Origin: an uncultured delta proteobacterium | GTDB taxonomy: Bacteria > Myxococcota_A > Polyangia > Fen-1088 | Reading direction: 5' to 3' | Assembly: GCA_963737265.1 (NCBI GenBank) | Contig: CAVTRY010000014.1 | Coordinates: forward strand, 192,001 to 256,000 | DNA length: 64,000 nt | Shown here: in pieces, positions 1 through 11,317 of the stretch | How positions within the stretch are numbered: position 1 is the stretch's first letter | Layout: each line of letters begins with the position of its first letter | Notes under the pieces: generated by a model | The model's input: only the letters and a program-made list of their open reading frames with translations | What the model was told of the DNA's origin: nothing | Database searches by the model: none | Program-made: the position numbers and the translations under genes

Positions 1-505
1 CCACGACCTTTTCCGATGTGCAGCACGGCACGAGAAGAATGTTGCGCGCGCGGCTGATGGTGGCCCGCTCGACCACCGCGTCCGAGGCCGGCCCGCAGGC
101 GTGAAGGGCCACCACGACGTCGGGCTCCATCGGCCACGCGGCGCTATCCGCCACGTCGGCTTCGACTACCTCGGCCGCGATCCCGGGGGCGTGCAACCGG
201 GCAAGCGCGTTTCGGCAACTGGCCGCATGGCAGGCGTCTTGCTCGATCAGGATCACGCGACCCAGGCGTGCCGCGGGGGCCAGGATGAATTCAGCGGCGA
301 GCAGCCCGACATAGGCCTTGCCCGCCGCCGCATCGACCAAGGTAGTCGGCCGATGGGGGCTGGCGGAGGCCACCGCGCGCCCGACCTCGGCCAGAATTCC
401 CACGAGCTCGGCCGCCTTCTTGAGATCCTCGTCGCGTAGAGAGGTCTCGGCGGCGCCGATGTAAAGCCGATGAAGTGCCTCTTGCACCGCGCAGAGGGAA
501 ATCAT
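1..505 (-). CDS. SAM-dependent methyltransferase (Methyltransf_32-like), truncated by the left window edge
   Basis: Not in the ORF track. Manual translation from ATG at 505 (TGATG overlap with the upstream stop): MISLCAVQEALHRLY...TLVDAAAGKAYVG...VVALHACGPASDAVV...ILLVPCC. DxxxGK, LHACG and PCC motifs; frame open to position 2. Confidence 0.75.
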   Translation of the reverse strand, partial: MISLCAVQEALHRLYIGAAETSLRDEDLKKAAELVGILAEVGRAVASASPHRPTTLVDAAAGKAYVGLLAAEFILAPAARLGRVILIEQDACHAASCRNALARLHAPGIAAEVVEADVADSAAWPMEPDVVVALHACGPASDAVVERATISRARNILLVPCCTSEKVV

Positions 506-2217
506 CACCCACGCGCGGCACGCGAAAGCTGTTCGGGCGTGACCCCTTGGCGACCACGCAAGTCCGAATAGATGCGGGCCAGCACCAGGGCTGGAATAGG
601 CAAGACCGTAACCCCGAGAAGATCGCCGATGACGCAATGAATGAAGACGACCGCTCGGCCGCCGAAAGGCGGAATCAAGAGCTCGGCCAGCGTGGCCGCG
701 GCGAAGCCGGCCAGCGCGAACGACAGGAAGGCGAGGACGATACGGATGGCATCGCTCTTCACCAGGGCGATGCTGCGCAGAAGCGCGAGCCTGCCACCCT
801 TCTTTTCGAACAGTACGACTTGGGGAACGAACAGGAAAAGCACGCTCAGCACGAGCCCCGGCAGAACGAAGAGCGCGTGTCCCACGGCTACCAACAAGGC
901 TGCCGGGATAAGCGAAACCAGGAACAGCTCGCGTCGGTTGACCAGGATTGGCCAGACGTCGGCAAGACCTGGCATGGAAGCGCCGCCCTGATGGTCCACG
1001 GTTGCCACGGCCAGGGCGCCGCAGGCAATGGGGAAGGCCAGGCCGAAAAGTAGCAAGGCTTGCACAAGGCTCGCCAGTCGTTCTCGCAGCCAGCCGACGC
1101 CCTCGCGGGCGACGCCACTCGGCGTCGGCACATACGCGGTTTCGACAGTTGTGAGCGCCGCCAACTCGGCCGCGGCCTGCCTGTCGATTTGTCCGCGGGC
1201 TTGGCTTGCTTGAATGCGGCCCGCGAGATCGGCCTTGCGCGCGGAAAAGTCCACCGTGGCAGCGCCCGGCGCGACGGCGCTGGCGGCCGAGGTTCCGGTG
1301 ATGCTGGCGACCAAACACGACTGCACGACCGAGGCGGGAAGCACGAGGAAGGCGGCTAACATGAGGAGGATCGTCGGTTTGCGCAGGTAGAGGGTGATCG
1401 CCCAATCGAGTAGCTCGATGATGCTCTTGGTGTCGGCGGCCAGGCGATCCGAGAAGCGCTCGGTCCTTTGTCGTCCGGTCGCAGCGGACGCCGCGGTGTT
1501 TTGGGCAGCGCTTTTGGCGGCGCTTTTCGGCTGCGGCAGCACGAAACGCCTGCTCTTGCCGGCATTCGGCAGGTCGATTGGCGGATCCGTGGGTGGCTCG
1601 CCCGGCGAGGCTGCGCGGACGCCGCTACCTGGTCTCGCGGGCAGATCGATGCTGGGCAGGTCGACGGGCGCGGTACCGCGGTCGAGCTCCAGTGCGGGCA
1701 ACGGGCGATTGTCGAAAAGGGAATTCTCCGATTTCACCGCGGCGTGGTTGGTGGGGGCCGAGGATTTTTCCAGGCTGACGACCAGATCGGGATTTTGCCT
1801 AGCTTCTTCCTCGCTGGGCAGCTTGTGGGCCTGACTGATCCCGTTCGGCAGTCTGGCGACTGGCGCTGTCAGGGCGGGCGAGGTTGCCACGGTCGATGGC
1901 CGTGGGGCGGCAGCTCTGGGCGGACCGGGCAAGGGTGCATTTCCGAAGAAAGTTTTCCCAAGGGCGAGGGCATCGGTACGGTTTCCCGATTGGACGGACG
2001 GTGTGGGCGGCACGGCTCCTGGGTTGATCGGCGCGACTTTTCCCGCTGCCACTTGCGGAACCGGCAAGGCGGACATGGCGGCGGACGGGATTCCGAATAG
2101 GGTTTTCCCCAATGCGGCTTGCGGCGTGCCGATGGCCTTGCCAGTTTTGGGACAGATGCGGAGGATTGCATCATGGTCCTGACCGCAGTGGGTGCAGTTG
2201 CTCGCGGGTGGGGCCAT
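505..2217 (-). CDS. Membrane protein with N-terminal zinc-ribbon-like motif, long Pro/Ala-rich linker and C-terminal multi-TM domain
   Basis: CTHCGQDHDAILRICPKTG at the N-terminus; low-complexity linker; about 6 hydrophobic helices in the last 300 aa; translationally coupled to the methyltransferase. Confidence 0.75.
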   Translation of the reverse strand: MAPPASNCTHCGQDHDAILRICPKTGKAIGTPQAALGKTLFGIPSAAMSALPVPQVAAGKVAPINPGAVPPTPSVQSGNRTDALALGKTFFGNAPLPGPPRAAAPRPSTVATSPALTAPVARLPNGISQAHKLPSEEEARQNPDLVVSLEKSSAPTNHAAVKSENSLFDNRPLPALELDRGTAPVDLPSIDLPARPGSGVRAASPGEPPTDPPIDLPNAGKSRRFVLPQPKSAAKSAAQNTAASAATGRQRTERFSDRLAADTKSIIELLDWAITLYLRKPTILLMLAAFLVLPASVVQSCLVASITGTSAASAVAPGAATVDFSARKADLAGRIQASQARGQIDRQAAAELAALTTVETAYVPTPSGVAREGVGWLRERLASLVQALLLFGLAFPIACGALAVATVDHQGGASMPGLADVWPILVNRRELFLVSLIPAALLVAVGHALFVLPGLVLSVLFLFVPQVVLFEKKGGRLALLRSIALVKSDAIRIVLAFLSFALAGFAAATLAELLIPPFGGRAVVFIHCVIGDLLGVTVLPIPALVLARIYSDLRGRQGVTPEQLSRAARG

Positions 2218-2369
2218 TGGGGCGAGATCTTAGCCCAATTTCTCCTCGTTTGCCCCGTGCTGCCGGCAGAAATTGATCGGCGGCGCGACCGCTTTGTCGT
2301 CTAAGCACCTCCCTCACCGACGCGATGCCCGTTTCCAAACGCGCCCAACCCTGACAGAATTGAAGTGTT

Positions 2370-4220
<1,851 letters not shown>

Positions 4221-4282
4221 GTGTGTCCGCGTGTCGCGGGCTCGCTCACGCCGCCCACGCGAGCCGCGCGAGCATGGCCATC

Positions 4283-5473
4283 TCAGAGCGGCGGCCTAGC
4301 GTTGTGGACGAGATCCATGAAATAGGACTCGAACCACGTGCCCGCCTGGGGCGCGCCCTTGGCGGCATCGGGATTGCCGCACATCTCGTCGAAGCGAGGC
4401 TGCGACGGATCGGACACGCCATCGGATTCTCCCGGGGGCTTGACCCAGAAATAGGCATCGATGCCCGGCTCGGGCTCGGCGCGGGGACGTTCGCCGAGTC
4501 CAGCGCCATGCACGTTGCACCAGCTGCCCCACTTGGCGCGGATGTTTCCTTTGCCATTGCGTGACGTATCGATGAGGTAACCGTGATTTTTAAAACCGTA
4601 CATCGCCAGGGTTTGGCCCAAGGTCTTGGCGTAGGTCAGCTCGTTCGGGCAGGGATTGCTTGGCTCCAGCACGGCGCCATCGCGGTTGCTGAGGTGGGTG
4701 TAGTTCGCCGTGTTGATAGCGAAACCACGAATCATCTGCGGGCCCCCGGCTTCATTGAGGACGTTCTTGAAGATCTTCGCGATCTTGGCGCGGTTGTCAT
4801 CCCAACCCAGCCAACCCGAGTGGGCAGCGTCGAGGTACACGCTGACGTTGGGTAGCGCGAATTTCTTGATCGCATACACGATGCCATTCTTGTAGGCCGA
4901 GCGCGCTTCCTGACACAGCGGCAGCGCCATGTTGGTGGCCAGGTTGCCGAGGGAGTCCGGCTCCAGCACGACCACGATGGGCTGGTCGGGATGGGCCTGA
5001 AGCTCGGCAAAAGTAGGATCGATGAACTCCGACTTGTAGCGAGCCTCGCCGTTCTCGGAAACCTTGAGCTCGCCCGCCGACGAAGCCGCCGAGCAGTCGC
5101 GGTTGGGCAGGTCGTAGACGACGACCACGGTGAGGGTGGGCTGTCCACTGGCATCTTGCTGCTTCTTGGCCTCGTCCAGCCAACCCTTGAGGTTCGCCAC
5201 GTGGGCGATGGAATCGAGCCAGACGGCCGTCGGGTACTGCTCGACCTTGCGAATAAGATCGGCCTCGTCCGGGTGTTTTTTGGCGGTGGCCTCGACATTG
5301 GCGACGTACTCGGGATTGATGAAGTAGCGCACGCCCTTGAAAGGATTCTCTTTGGAGCCAGCGCCCGCCGATCCTGGCGAACCAGTTCCGACTTGGCCGA
5401 TGCTGGACCCGCAGGCGGACGCTGCGAGGATAGCGAGGAACGCTGCGTTTGCTACGATACGTTGTGGCATCAT
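4283..5473 (-). CDS. Glycoside hydrolase family 6 (cellobiohydrolase/endoglucanase), lipoprotein
   Basis: VVVYDLPNRDC, VLEPDSL, YLDAAHSGWLGW, IDTSRNG, WVKPPGESDG and APQAGTWF motifs; lipobox-like LAASA-C. Confidence 0.95.
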   Translation of the reverse strand: MMPQRIVANAAFLAILAASACGSSIGQVGTGSPGSAGAGSKENPFKGVRYFINPEYVANVEATAKKHPDEADLIRKVEQYPTAVWLDSIAHVANLKGWLDEAKKQQDASGQPTLTVVVVYDLPNRDCSAASSAGELKVSENGEARYKSEFIDPTFAELQAHPDQPIVVVLEPDSLGNLATNMALPLCQEARSAYKNGIVYAIKKFALPNVSVYLDAAHSGWLGWDDNRAKIAKIFKNVLNEAGGPQMIRGFAINTANYTHLSNRDGAVLEPSNPCPNELTYAKTLGQTLAMYGFKNHGYLIDTSRNGKGNIRAKWGSWCNVHGAGLGERPRAEPEPGIDAYFWVKPPGESDGVSDPSQPRFDEMCGNPDAAKGAPQAGTWFESYFMDLVHNARPPL

Positions 5474-5605
5474 TCGAACTCTCCTGCCGAGGTGGCAAGA
5501 CCGTTCGCCAGGACACCCTGGCGGACGCCGCCGCGTCGGTGCGGCGGATACTACACCAAGTCGCCGCGAGTTGGTGCTGGCGCGCGAAAGATCAAAGCGT
5601 GGGCT

Positions 5606-5986
5606 TCACGCCTGAATCGAGATGATCTCGTTGGCCAGGCAGGCGAGCGCGTTTAGGCTTCGCCGCTGCCAGTACACGGCGGGGCTCGACACGAACACGA
5701 TGCGGTACCTGCCGTCGCCGACCTGTTCCTGAACCGCGCCGATCCACCACACGAAGCACTTGAGGCACGACGAGTTCATGAATTCAAGCTGGCGCACATC
5801 GACGGTGACCTCCTCGGCCAAACGGCGCTGCGCCTCGCTGTGAACATCGCGCAGGAAGCGGTCGAGCTGGACCCTGACCGTGAGATCTGCCGTGCCGGTC
5901 AGGTTCACTTGGATGCGCCGATCCCTGGCGCTCGCCTGGGCGGCAAAATCGCTTTCCTTCATGGTCTCAGCCCAATCGCTAGGCAT
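5606..5986 (-). CDS. STAS/SiaC-like anti-sigma-antagonist protein
   Basis: VTVDVRQLEFMNSSCLK resembles the STAS DLxxLxFMDSSG and SiaC YFNTSS phospho-acceptor loops; AAGGAG RBS upstream of ATG 5986. Confidence 0.75.
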   Translation of the reverse strand: MPSDWAETMKESDFAAQASARDRRIQVNLTGTADLTVRVQLDRFLRDVHSEAQRRLAEEVTVDVRQLEFMNSSCLKCFVWWIGAVQEQVGDGRYRIVFVSSPAVYWQRRSLNALACLANEIISIQA

Positions 5987-6470
5987 GCTGGTGTCTCCTT
6001 GAGGGCGGGCAACTGGCGACGATGGTCACCGTGCTGCCTTCAATTTCGAGCGAAAGGTCGAGCTCGCCTTCGGCCCGGATGCGCGCCAGGCCCAGTCCGG
6101 ATTCCTCTTGAATGCCGAAGGTTCTTCGCATCAGGGTCTGATAGAGCAGGGACGGCTCCGCGCTGTCCTGAATCTCCGCGATGCAAGCGCGCAATCGTTC
6201 GATGTGCTCCGGCGTGGTCTGGTTGGTCAGGGTGACGCTGGCGGCGTGGCCGGTGGATTCGCAGTAGACGGAAAGGCCGGTCTTGTTGCCGACGGAATAT
6301 TTCGCGGCGTTTTCCAAGAGCTCGTGCACCGCCAGCGAAACGCGAAACACGGCGTCGGGATCGCCCACCAGCTTCTCGAAGCTTTCCTCCACGAACCGGC
6401 GGACGATCGAGACCATGCGCGGCTGCGGCTGGATTTGTAATCCGAAGCTTAGGGCTTGGCTTTCAGGCAT
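5979..6470 (-). CDS. HATPase_c Ser/Thr kinase, anti-sigma-factor/SiaB-like
   Basis: N-box VHELLENAAKY and G-box ESGLGLARI; no His-kinase dimerisation domain. Start placed at MPESQAL (6470) rather than the ORF-track start. Confidence 0.78.
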   Translation of the reverse strand: MPESQALSFGLQIQPQPRMVSIVRRFVEESFEKLVGDPDAVFRVSLAVHELLENAAKYSVGNKTGLSVYCESTGHAASVTLTNQTTPEHIERLRACIAEIQDSAEPSLLYQTLMRRTFGIQEESGLGLARIRAEGELDLSLEIEGSTVTIVASCPPSRRHQHA

Positions 6471-6617
6471 GGGAAACCGCTCTTCCCGCCATCGGCAGAC
6501 AAGGCGCAGGAGTTGAGCGGCAAAGTCGGCGAGATCGGCCCACGACGTTGGCCGCGCGCTGGACTTCGACGGCACCGCCGGGCGATAGTTCGTCCGACGT
6601 GCGGACGCGAGGCAACC

Positions 6618-8297
6618 ATGCGCGGTGTCGGTAGCCCAAGAGTGGGCGGCCCGATCTCGCTCATCTTGGCGCTGGTTTTTCCCGCCATGATAGCGGCTGC
6701 GGTCGCCTTGGCCTATTACGGGTTCAAGCACGCCGAGGACGTGTCTCGCCCGGTCGAGCAGCTTTTTCGCCAGGAGTGTCAGGACTACGCCGAAGGGCTG
6801 GCGAAATCGGTCGAGGCCAAACTGGATCGCGAAGCCCTATCGCTTTTTGCTCAAGTCTCGGCGCGCGAGGACGATCCCGCTTCGACCGATCCCTGCGATC
6901 TCGATCCTGGGCCGGGCATCGATTCCTTCGTGGTCTTGGGCGACGCTCGGCGCATCGCGTGCAGCTGGCCACGCGTGCGCGAACCCGATGCCAAGAAGCG
7001 GCGGAACGCCGAGCCCGCCCAGCCCAAGAGCCCGTGGCTGGGAAAGATCAAGAACTTGTCGTGGGCGCAGGTCGACCTCGACAACTTCGCCTACCACCAC
7101 GAGGTGCTCGATAGCGGCGGCTCGGTGCTGCTCGCCTACACAATTCGCCGGTCGGCCGACGGTGACCTGTACCACGTGGTGGCGCGGCTCAAGCTCGACT
7201 TCATCGGCAAACAGTGGGCCGAAAACGACCTCGGCCCTGGGCGCAAGAACCGTCGCGTGGCCATCCTCGACGAATCGAGCAATCTGGTGGCGGGCGTGCA
7301 CCTGGGCGGCCCCGAGGCGCGGCCGGGCGGCCGCTTTTTCTACGAGGGACCCTTCGGCAAGGCGCTCTATCGTTGGCGCATTCAAATGGTGCCGCAAAAT
7401 GCCGAGGAATTTCAGGCGCAGTGGGAGCGCACGAAGAGCGTGCGCCGCGTTCTCATTCTGCTCGCGACCGTGATCATCGTCGTGGGCCTCGTGCTGGTGT
7501 GGTTGGCCATTCTCACCGAGCGCCGAGCGTCGCGCATGAAGAGCGACTTCATCGCCAACGTGTCGCACGAGCTCAAGACGCCCCTATCCCTTATCCGCAT
7601 GTTCGGCGAGATGGTGGCCACCGGCCGCCACAAGGGCGAAGAGGCCGCGCGTGAGTACGGCGGCATCATCACGCGCGAATCGGAGCGCCTGTCCCATCTC
7701 ATCGACAATGTGCTCGACTTCTCACGCCTGGAGCGCGGCAAGGCCAGCTATCACTTCGCCGAGGGCGATCTGGCGGACGTGGTCGAGCGCGCGCTCGACG
7801 TGTGCCGCTATCGCTTGGAACGCGAGAAAATGAAACTTGCCGTCGCCATCGAGCCAGACCTACCCGCCGTGCGCATGGATGAAAACGAGATGACGCTGGT
7901 CGTGCTCAACCTCGTCGACAACGCTATCAAGCACGCCGTGGACGGTGGCAAGGTCGAGGTCGGTGTGTTGCGTTGGCCCGGCTTCGTCGTGCTTTCCGTG
8001 CGCGACTTCGGACCCGGCATCTCGCGCGAGGAGCAGGCGCGCATTTTCGAACGCTTCTACCGCTCGCACAGCACGCGCGAGCGCAACGTGCGCGGGAGCG
8101 GTATCGGGCTGGCCCTGGTCAAACACATCGCCGAGGCCCACGGTGGGCGAGTGACGGTGACGAGTCCCGTCCCAGGATCGGCCGGCTACGAGCAAGGCGC
8201 CCTCTTTAAGGTCTTCATCCCGGCGCCGGTGCCGGAGGCGGCCGCAGCCCGCGAGCAGTACGGTGCTCCGACATTGCCCCGTGACGTTGTAAAGTAG
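6618..8297 (+). CDS. Membrane sensor histidine kinase
   Basis: Two TM helices; H-box [14 protein letters not shown]-box [26 protein letters not shown]. Start at MRGVGSP with GAGG RBS. Confidence 0.93.
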   Translation: MRGVGSPRVGGPISLILALVFPAMIAAAVALAYYGFKHAEDVSRPVEQLFRQECQDYAEGLAKSVEAKLDREALSLFAQVSAREDDPASTDPCDLDPGPGIDSFVVLGDARRIACSWPRVREPDAKKRRNAEPAQPKSPWLGKIKNLSWAQVDLDNFAYHHEVLDSGGSVLLAYTIRRSADGDLYHVVARLKLDFIGKQWAENDLGPGRKNRRVAILDESSNLVAGVHLGGPEARPGGRFFYEGPFGKALYRWRIQMVPQNAEEFQAQWERTKSVRRVLILLATVIIVVGLVLVWLAILTERRASRMKSDFIANVSHELKTPLSLIRMFGEMVATGRHKGEEAAREYGGIITRESERLSHLIDNVLDFSRLERGKASYHFAEGDLADVVERALDVCRYRLEREKMKLAVAIEPDLPAVRMDENEMTLVVLNLVDNAIKHAVDGGKVEVGVLRWPGFVVLSVRDFGPGISREEQARIFERFYRSHSTRERNVRGSGIGLALVKHIAEAHGGRVTVTSPVPGSAGYEQGALFKVFIPAPVPEAAAAREQYGAPTLPRDVVK

Positions 8298-8305
8298 GGA
8301 AGCTC

Positions 8306-9034
8306 ATGAGCAACGGCACTTCTTCGAATACCTCCAGCACCTCGGCCGCGCTTCGCCGCCGCATCCTCGTCGTCGAAGACGAACCCGACATCGCGCGCGG
8401 TCTGCGCGACGCCCTGGAATTCGAGCAGTTCGAGGTCACCACCACGGGCCGCGGCCGCGACGGCATCAAGAGCCTGCGCGAGCGCGGCGCCGATCTCGTT
8501 ATTCTCGACCTCATGCTGCCCGACATCAACGGCTTCACCGTGTGCGAGGAGATTCGGCAAAGCCATCCCGTGGTGCCCATCATCATGCTCACGGCGCGCT
8601 CGCAAGAGACCGACAAGATTCGCGGGCTCGAAGCCGGTGCCGACGACTACGTGACCAAGCCGTTTTCCATTGGCGAGCTGGTGGCGCGCATCAACGCGAT
8701 CTTCAGGCGCCTGCACCGCACCGTCGGCGCCGACGAAGTCATTCAAATCGGTCAAGCCACGATCTTCCCGCGCCGGCACGAGCTGGTGCGAAATCGCAGG
8801 ACCGTATCTTTGTCGTTCTACGAGGTGGAGCTGGTTCGACTGCTGCACGAGCGGGCCGGCGAACCCGTTACGCGCGACGAAATCCTGGAAAAGATTTGGG
8901 GCCTGACCGGACACGGCAGCAGTCGGTCGGTCGACAACTTCGTCGTCAAGCTTCGAAAGAAGATCGAAGAGGACGCTTCAAGTCCCCGCCACATCGTGAC
9001 GATATATGGGACAGGTTACAAGTTACTGGTGTAA
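8306..9034 (+). CDS. OmpR/PhoB-family DNA-binding response regulator
   Basis: [27 protein letters not shown]; winged-helix end [15 protein letters not shown]...IYGTGYK. Confidence 0.95.
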   Translation: MSNGTSSNTSSTSAALRRRILVVEDEPDIARGLRDALEFEQFEVTTTGRGRDGIKSLRERGADLVILDLMLPDINGFTVCEEIRQSHPVVPIIMLTARSQETDKIRGLEAGADDYVTKPFSIGELVARINAIFRRLHRTVGADEVIQIGQATIFPRRHELVRNRRTVSLSFYEVELVRLLHERAGEPVTRDEILEKIWGLTGHGSSRSVDNFVVKLRKKIEEDASSPRHIVTIYGTGYKLLV

Positions 9035-9106
9035 TCGAGGCGCTGGGTGTTGGTTTCGGCCGGCAGCCAAGCCGAATGACCGACTACTCGATTTCAAGAT
9101 GGCAAC

Positions 9107-9502
9107 ATGATCGTCAACGCTATTTCTGCGGATGGGGGCAGGGCTTCGCTGCAAGTGGATGGAAACGTCGTCACGATTCGTGGCGAGATCGATCAGGCCA
9201 ATCCCAAGGTATTTCTGGCGCCCTTTCTCGAAGAAATCCACGTCGCGGCCGAACGGGAAGGGCTGCGCGAGGTGAAAGTGGACATCCGCGGGCTGTCGTT
9301 TCTCAACTCGTCGGCGGTTAAAGAGCTTATTGGCTGGGTGCTCAAGCGCAACCGCATGCCCGCCGGCAAGAAGTACGTGCTCGAATTCGTCTACGATTCT
9401 TCCGTTCTCTGGCAGCGCGTGACCATCCCCACGCTGAGCCAGCTCGACGCCGGTTTCGTCGTGCTCAGCGACCGCAGCAAGACGGCGGCGAGGAATCGGT
9501 AG
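9107..9502 (+). CDS. Second STAS/SiaC-like protein (paralogue of 5606-5986)
   Basis: VKVDIRGLSFLNSSAVKELIGWV...YVLEFVYDSSVLWQR aligns by eye with VTVDVRQLEFMNSSCLKCFVWWI...YRIVFVSSPAVYWQR. Confidence 0.75.
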   Translation: MIVNAISADGGRASLQVDGNVVTIRGEIDQANPKVFLAPFLEEIHVAAEREGLREVKVDIRGLSFLNSSAVKELIGWVLKRNRMPAGKKYVLEFVYDSSVLWQRVTIPTLSQLDAGFVVLSDRSKTAARNR

Positions 9503-9544
9503 GCTTTCCTTTCCGCTTGACTGGCACCCGCCAAGCGCGGACTT

Positions 9545-10990
9545 ATGACAGCCATGTCGGTTCGCGTTCGCATTGCTCCGTCGCCTACCGGCGATCCCCA
9601 CGTGGGGACCGCCTACATCGCCCTGTTCAACTACGTGTTCGCCAAGAAGCACGGCGGCCAGTTCGTCCTGCGCATCGAGGACACCGATCGCGCGCGCTCG
9701 ACGCCCGATTCCGAGGCTGCCATCCTGCGTGCCTTGCGCTGGGTGGGCCTCGGCTGGGACGAAGGTCCGGATATCGGCGGTCCGAGCGGGCCGTACCGGC
9801 AGTCGGAGCGCAGCGAGATCTACCGGCGCGAGCTTGGCAAGCTGGTGGAATCGGACGCGGCCTATCGCTGCTTTTGCACCGCCCTCCGGCTGGAACAGAT
9901 GCGCGCCGCCGCGAAGGGCAAATCCTTCGTGGGCTATGACGGCCTTTGCCGCGGCGTCGGCAGGGCCGAATCCGATCGCCGGGCAGCCGCAGGTGAAGCC
10001 CACGTTATTCGCCTGGCCATGCCCAAGACGGGCGAAACCGTGTTCACCGACCGGCTGCGCGGTGAAGTCCGCTTCGACAACAGCCAGATCGACGACCAGA
10101 TCCTGCTCAAGAGCGACGGCTTTCCGACCTACCACTTGGCCAACGTCGTCGACGACCACCTGATGGGCATCACGCACGTGATTCGCGCCGAGGAATGGTT
10201 GTCGTCCACGCCCAAGCACGTGGAGCTCTACAAAGCGTTCGGTTGGCGGGCGCCGGAGTGGATTCACATGCCGCTTCTGCGCAACGCCGACAAGTCGAAG
10301 ATTTCCAAGCGCAAGAACCCCGTGTCGCTCGACTATTACCGCGCGGCCGGATTCCTGCCCGAGGCGCTGCTCAACTACCTCGGCACCATGGGCTGGTCCA
10401 TTGCCGGCGACCGCGAACACTTCACGCTGGCCGAAATGATCGACGCCTTCACCTTCGACCGCATGAGCTTGGGCGGCCCGGTGTTCGACCTAGTCAAGCT
10501 GTCCGCCATGAACGCCGACTACCTGCGCGCGCTCGACGACGACGCGCTGGTAGCGCGCCTACATGCGTGGCGGCTGGGCGACGACTACCTTCGCCAGCTC
10601 GTGCCGCTCGTGCGCCAGCGCGTGCAGCGCCTGGACGAATTTGTTCCCATGACCGAGTTCTTCTTCTCGGGCGACCTCGACTACACCGCACTGGTCAAGG
10701 ATCTCGTGCCCAAGAATCGCACGGCTAAGGACGTGGTCGAGGCGCTGCTCGGCTTCGTGGACGCGCTCGATGTGCAGCGCGATTTCTCGCATGCGGCACT
10801 GGAAGCCGCCACGCGGGCCTACGCCGAGAAGATCGCCTGGGATCCCAAAGAACTGTTCATGGTGGTGCGCATGGGGGCCACGGCCCGCAAGGCCACTCCA
10901 CCCCTCTTCGAAACCCTGGCCGTCCTCGGCCGCGACCTCGTTCGGCGGCGTCTGCGCCTGTGCGGCGAGCTCATGAAGACAGAGCGCTGA
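9545..10990 (+). CDS. gltX: Glutamate--tRNA ligase
   Basis: [13 protein letters not shown] (HIGH-like), [30 protein letters not shown]; full-length anticodon-binding domain. Confidence 0.96.
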   Translation: MTAMSVRVRIAPSPTGDPHVGTAYIALFNYVFAKKHGGQFVLRIEDTDRARSTPDSEAAILRALRWVGLGWDEGPDIGGPSGPYRQSERSEIYRRELGKLVESDAAYRCFCTALRLEQMRAAAKGKSFVGYDGLCRGVGRAESDRRAAAGEAHVIRLAMPKTGETVFTDRLRGEVRFDNSQIDDQILLKSDGFPTYHLANVVDDHLMGITHVIRAEEWLSSTPKHVELYKAFGWRAPEWIHMPLLRNADKSKISKRKNPVSLDYYRAAGFLPEALLNYLGTMGWSIAGDREHFTLAEMIDAFTFDRMSLGGPVFDLVKLSAMNADYLRALDDDALVARLHAWRLGDDYLRQLVPLVRQRVQRLDEFVPMTEFFFSGDLDYTALVKDLVPKNRTAKDVVEALLGFVDALDVQRDFSHAALEAATRAYAEKIAWDPKELFMVVRMGATARKATPPLFETLAVLGRDLVRRRLRLCGELMKTER

Positions 10991-11083
10991 GGGGGCAACG
11001 AGCGCAGAGGGCGGCGCATCAGGACCACCCCCTGTGCCCTCATAGGCATTAACCGGATGGGCAACGAAAGATCGAGCATGTCG

Positions 11084-11146
11084 CCTCGCCCCGCGAAGCG
11101 GCCGCGAAGTGGGGAGAGGTCGCCTCGCGCAGCGAGGCGGGTGAGG
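11084..11146. repeat. REP-like double hairpin (CCTCACCC...CCTCTCCCC...GGGGCGAGG family, reverse orientation)
   Basis: CCTCGCCCC-n-GGGGAGAGG followed by CGCCTCGC-gca-GCGAGGCG-GGTGAGG; same architecture as 31331-31390. Confidence 0.65.
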
Positions 11147-11258
11147 CTGCGCCGGCACAAACCGGCGGAAGACTGTAGGTGAGTACGATGAACTGACACC
11201 AGGGAAACGAAGCAAGTCCTACCCCGGGAGGAGCCCACCCACCCTGTGCCCTCTCCTT

Positions 11259-11301
11259 CTGACAAAGAATCACGAATGATTACAATTGGGTGACAATTGG
11301 G
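11259..11301 (+). promoter_or_regulatory. Putative sigma70-like promoter with an 11-bp-period direct repeat upstream of the GT2 gene
   Basis: CTGACA-16 nt-TACAAT; ACAATTGGG at 11282-11290 and 11293-11301. Confidence 0.4.
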
Positions 11302-11317
11302 ATCGTAGTCTCGGCGC

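Noticed and set aside
9522-9536. sigma54-like TGGCAC-N-GC upstream of gltX
   Set aside because: The -12 element is AAGC rather than TTGC and it is very close to the start codon; likely chance.
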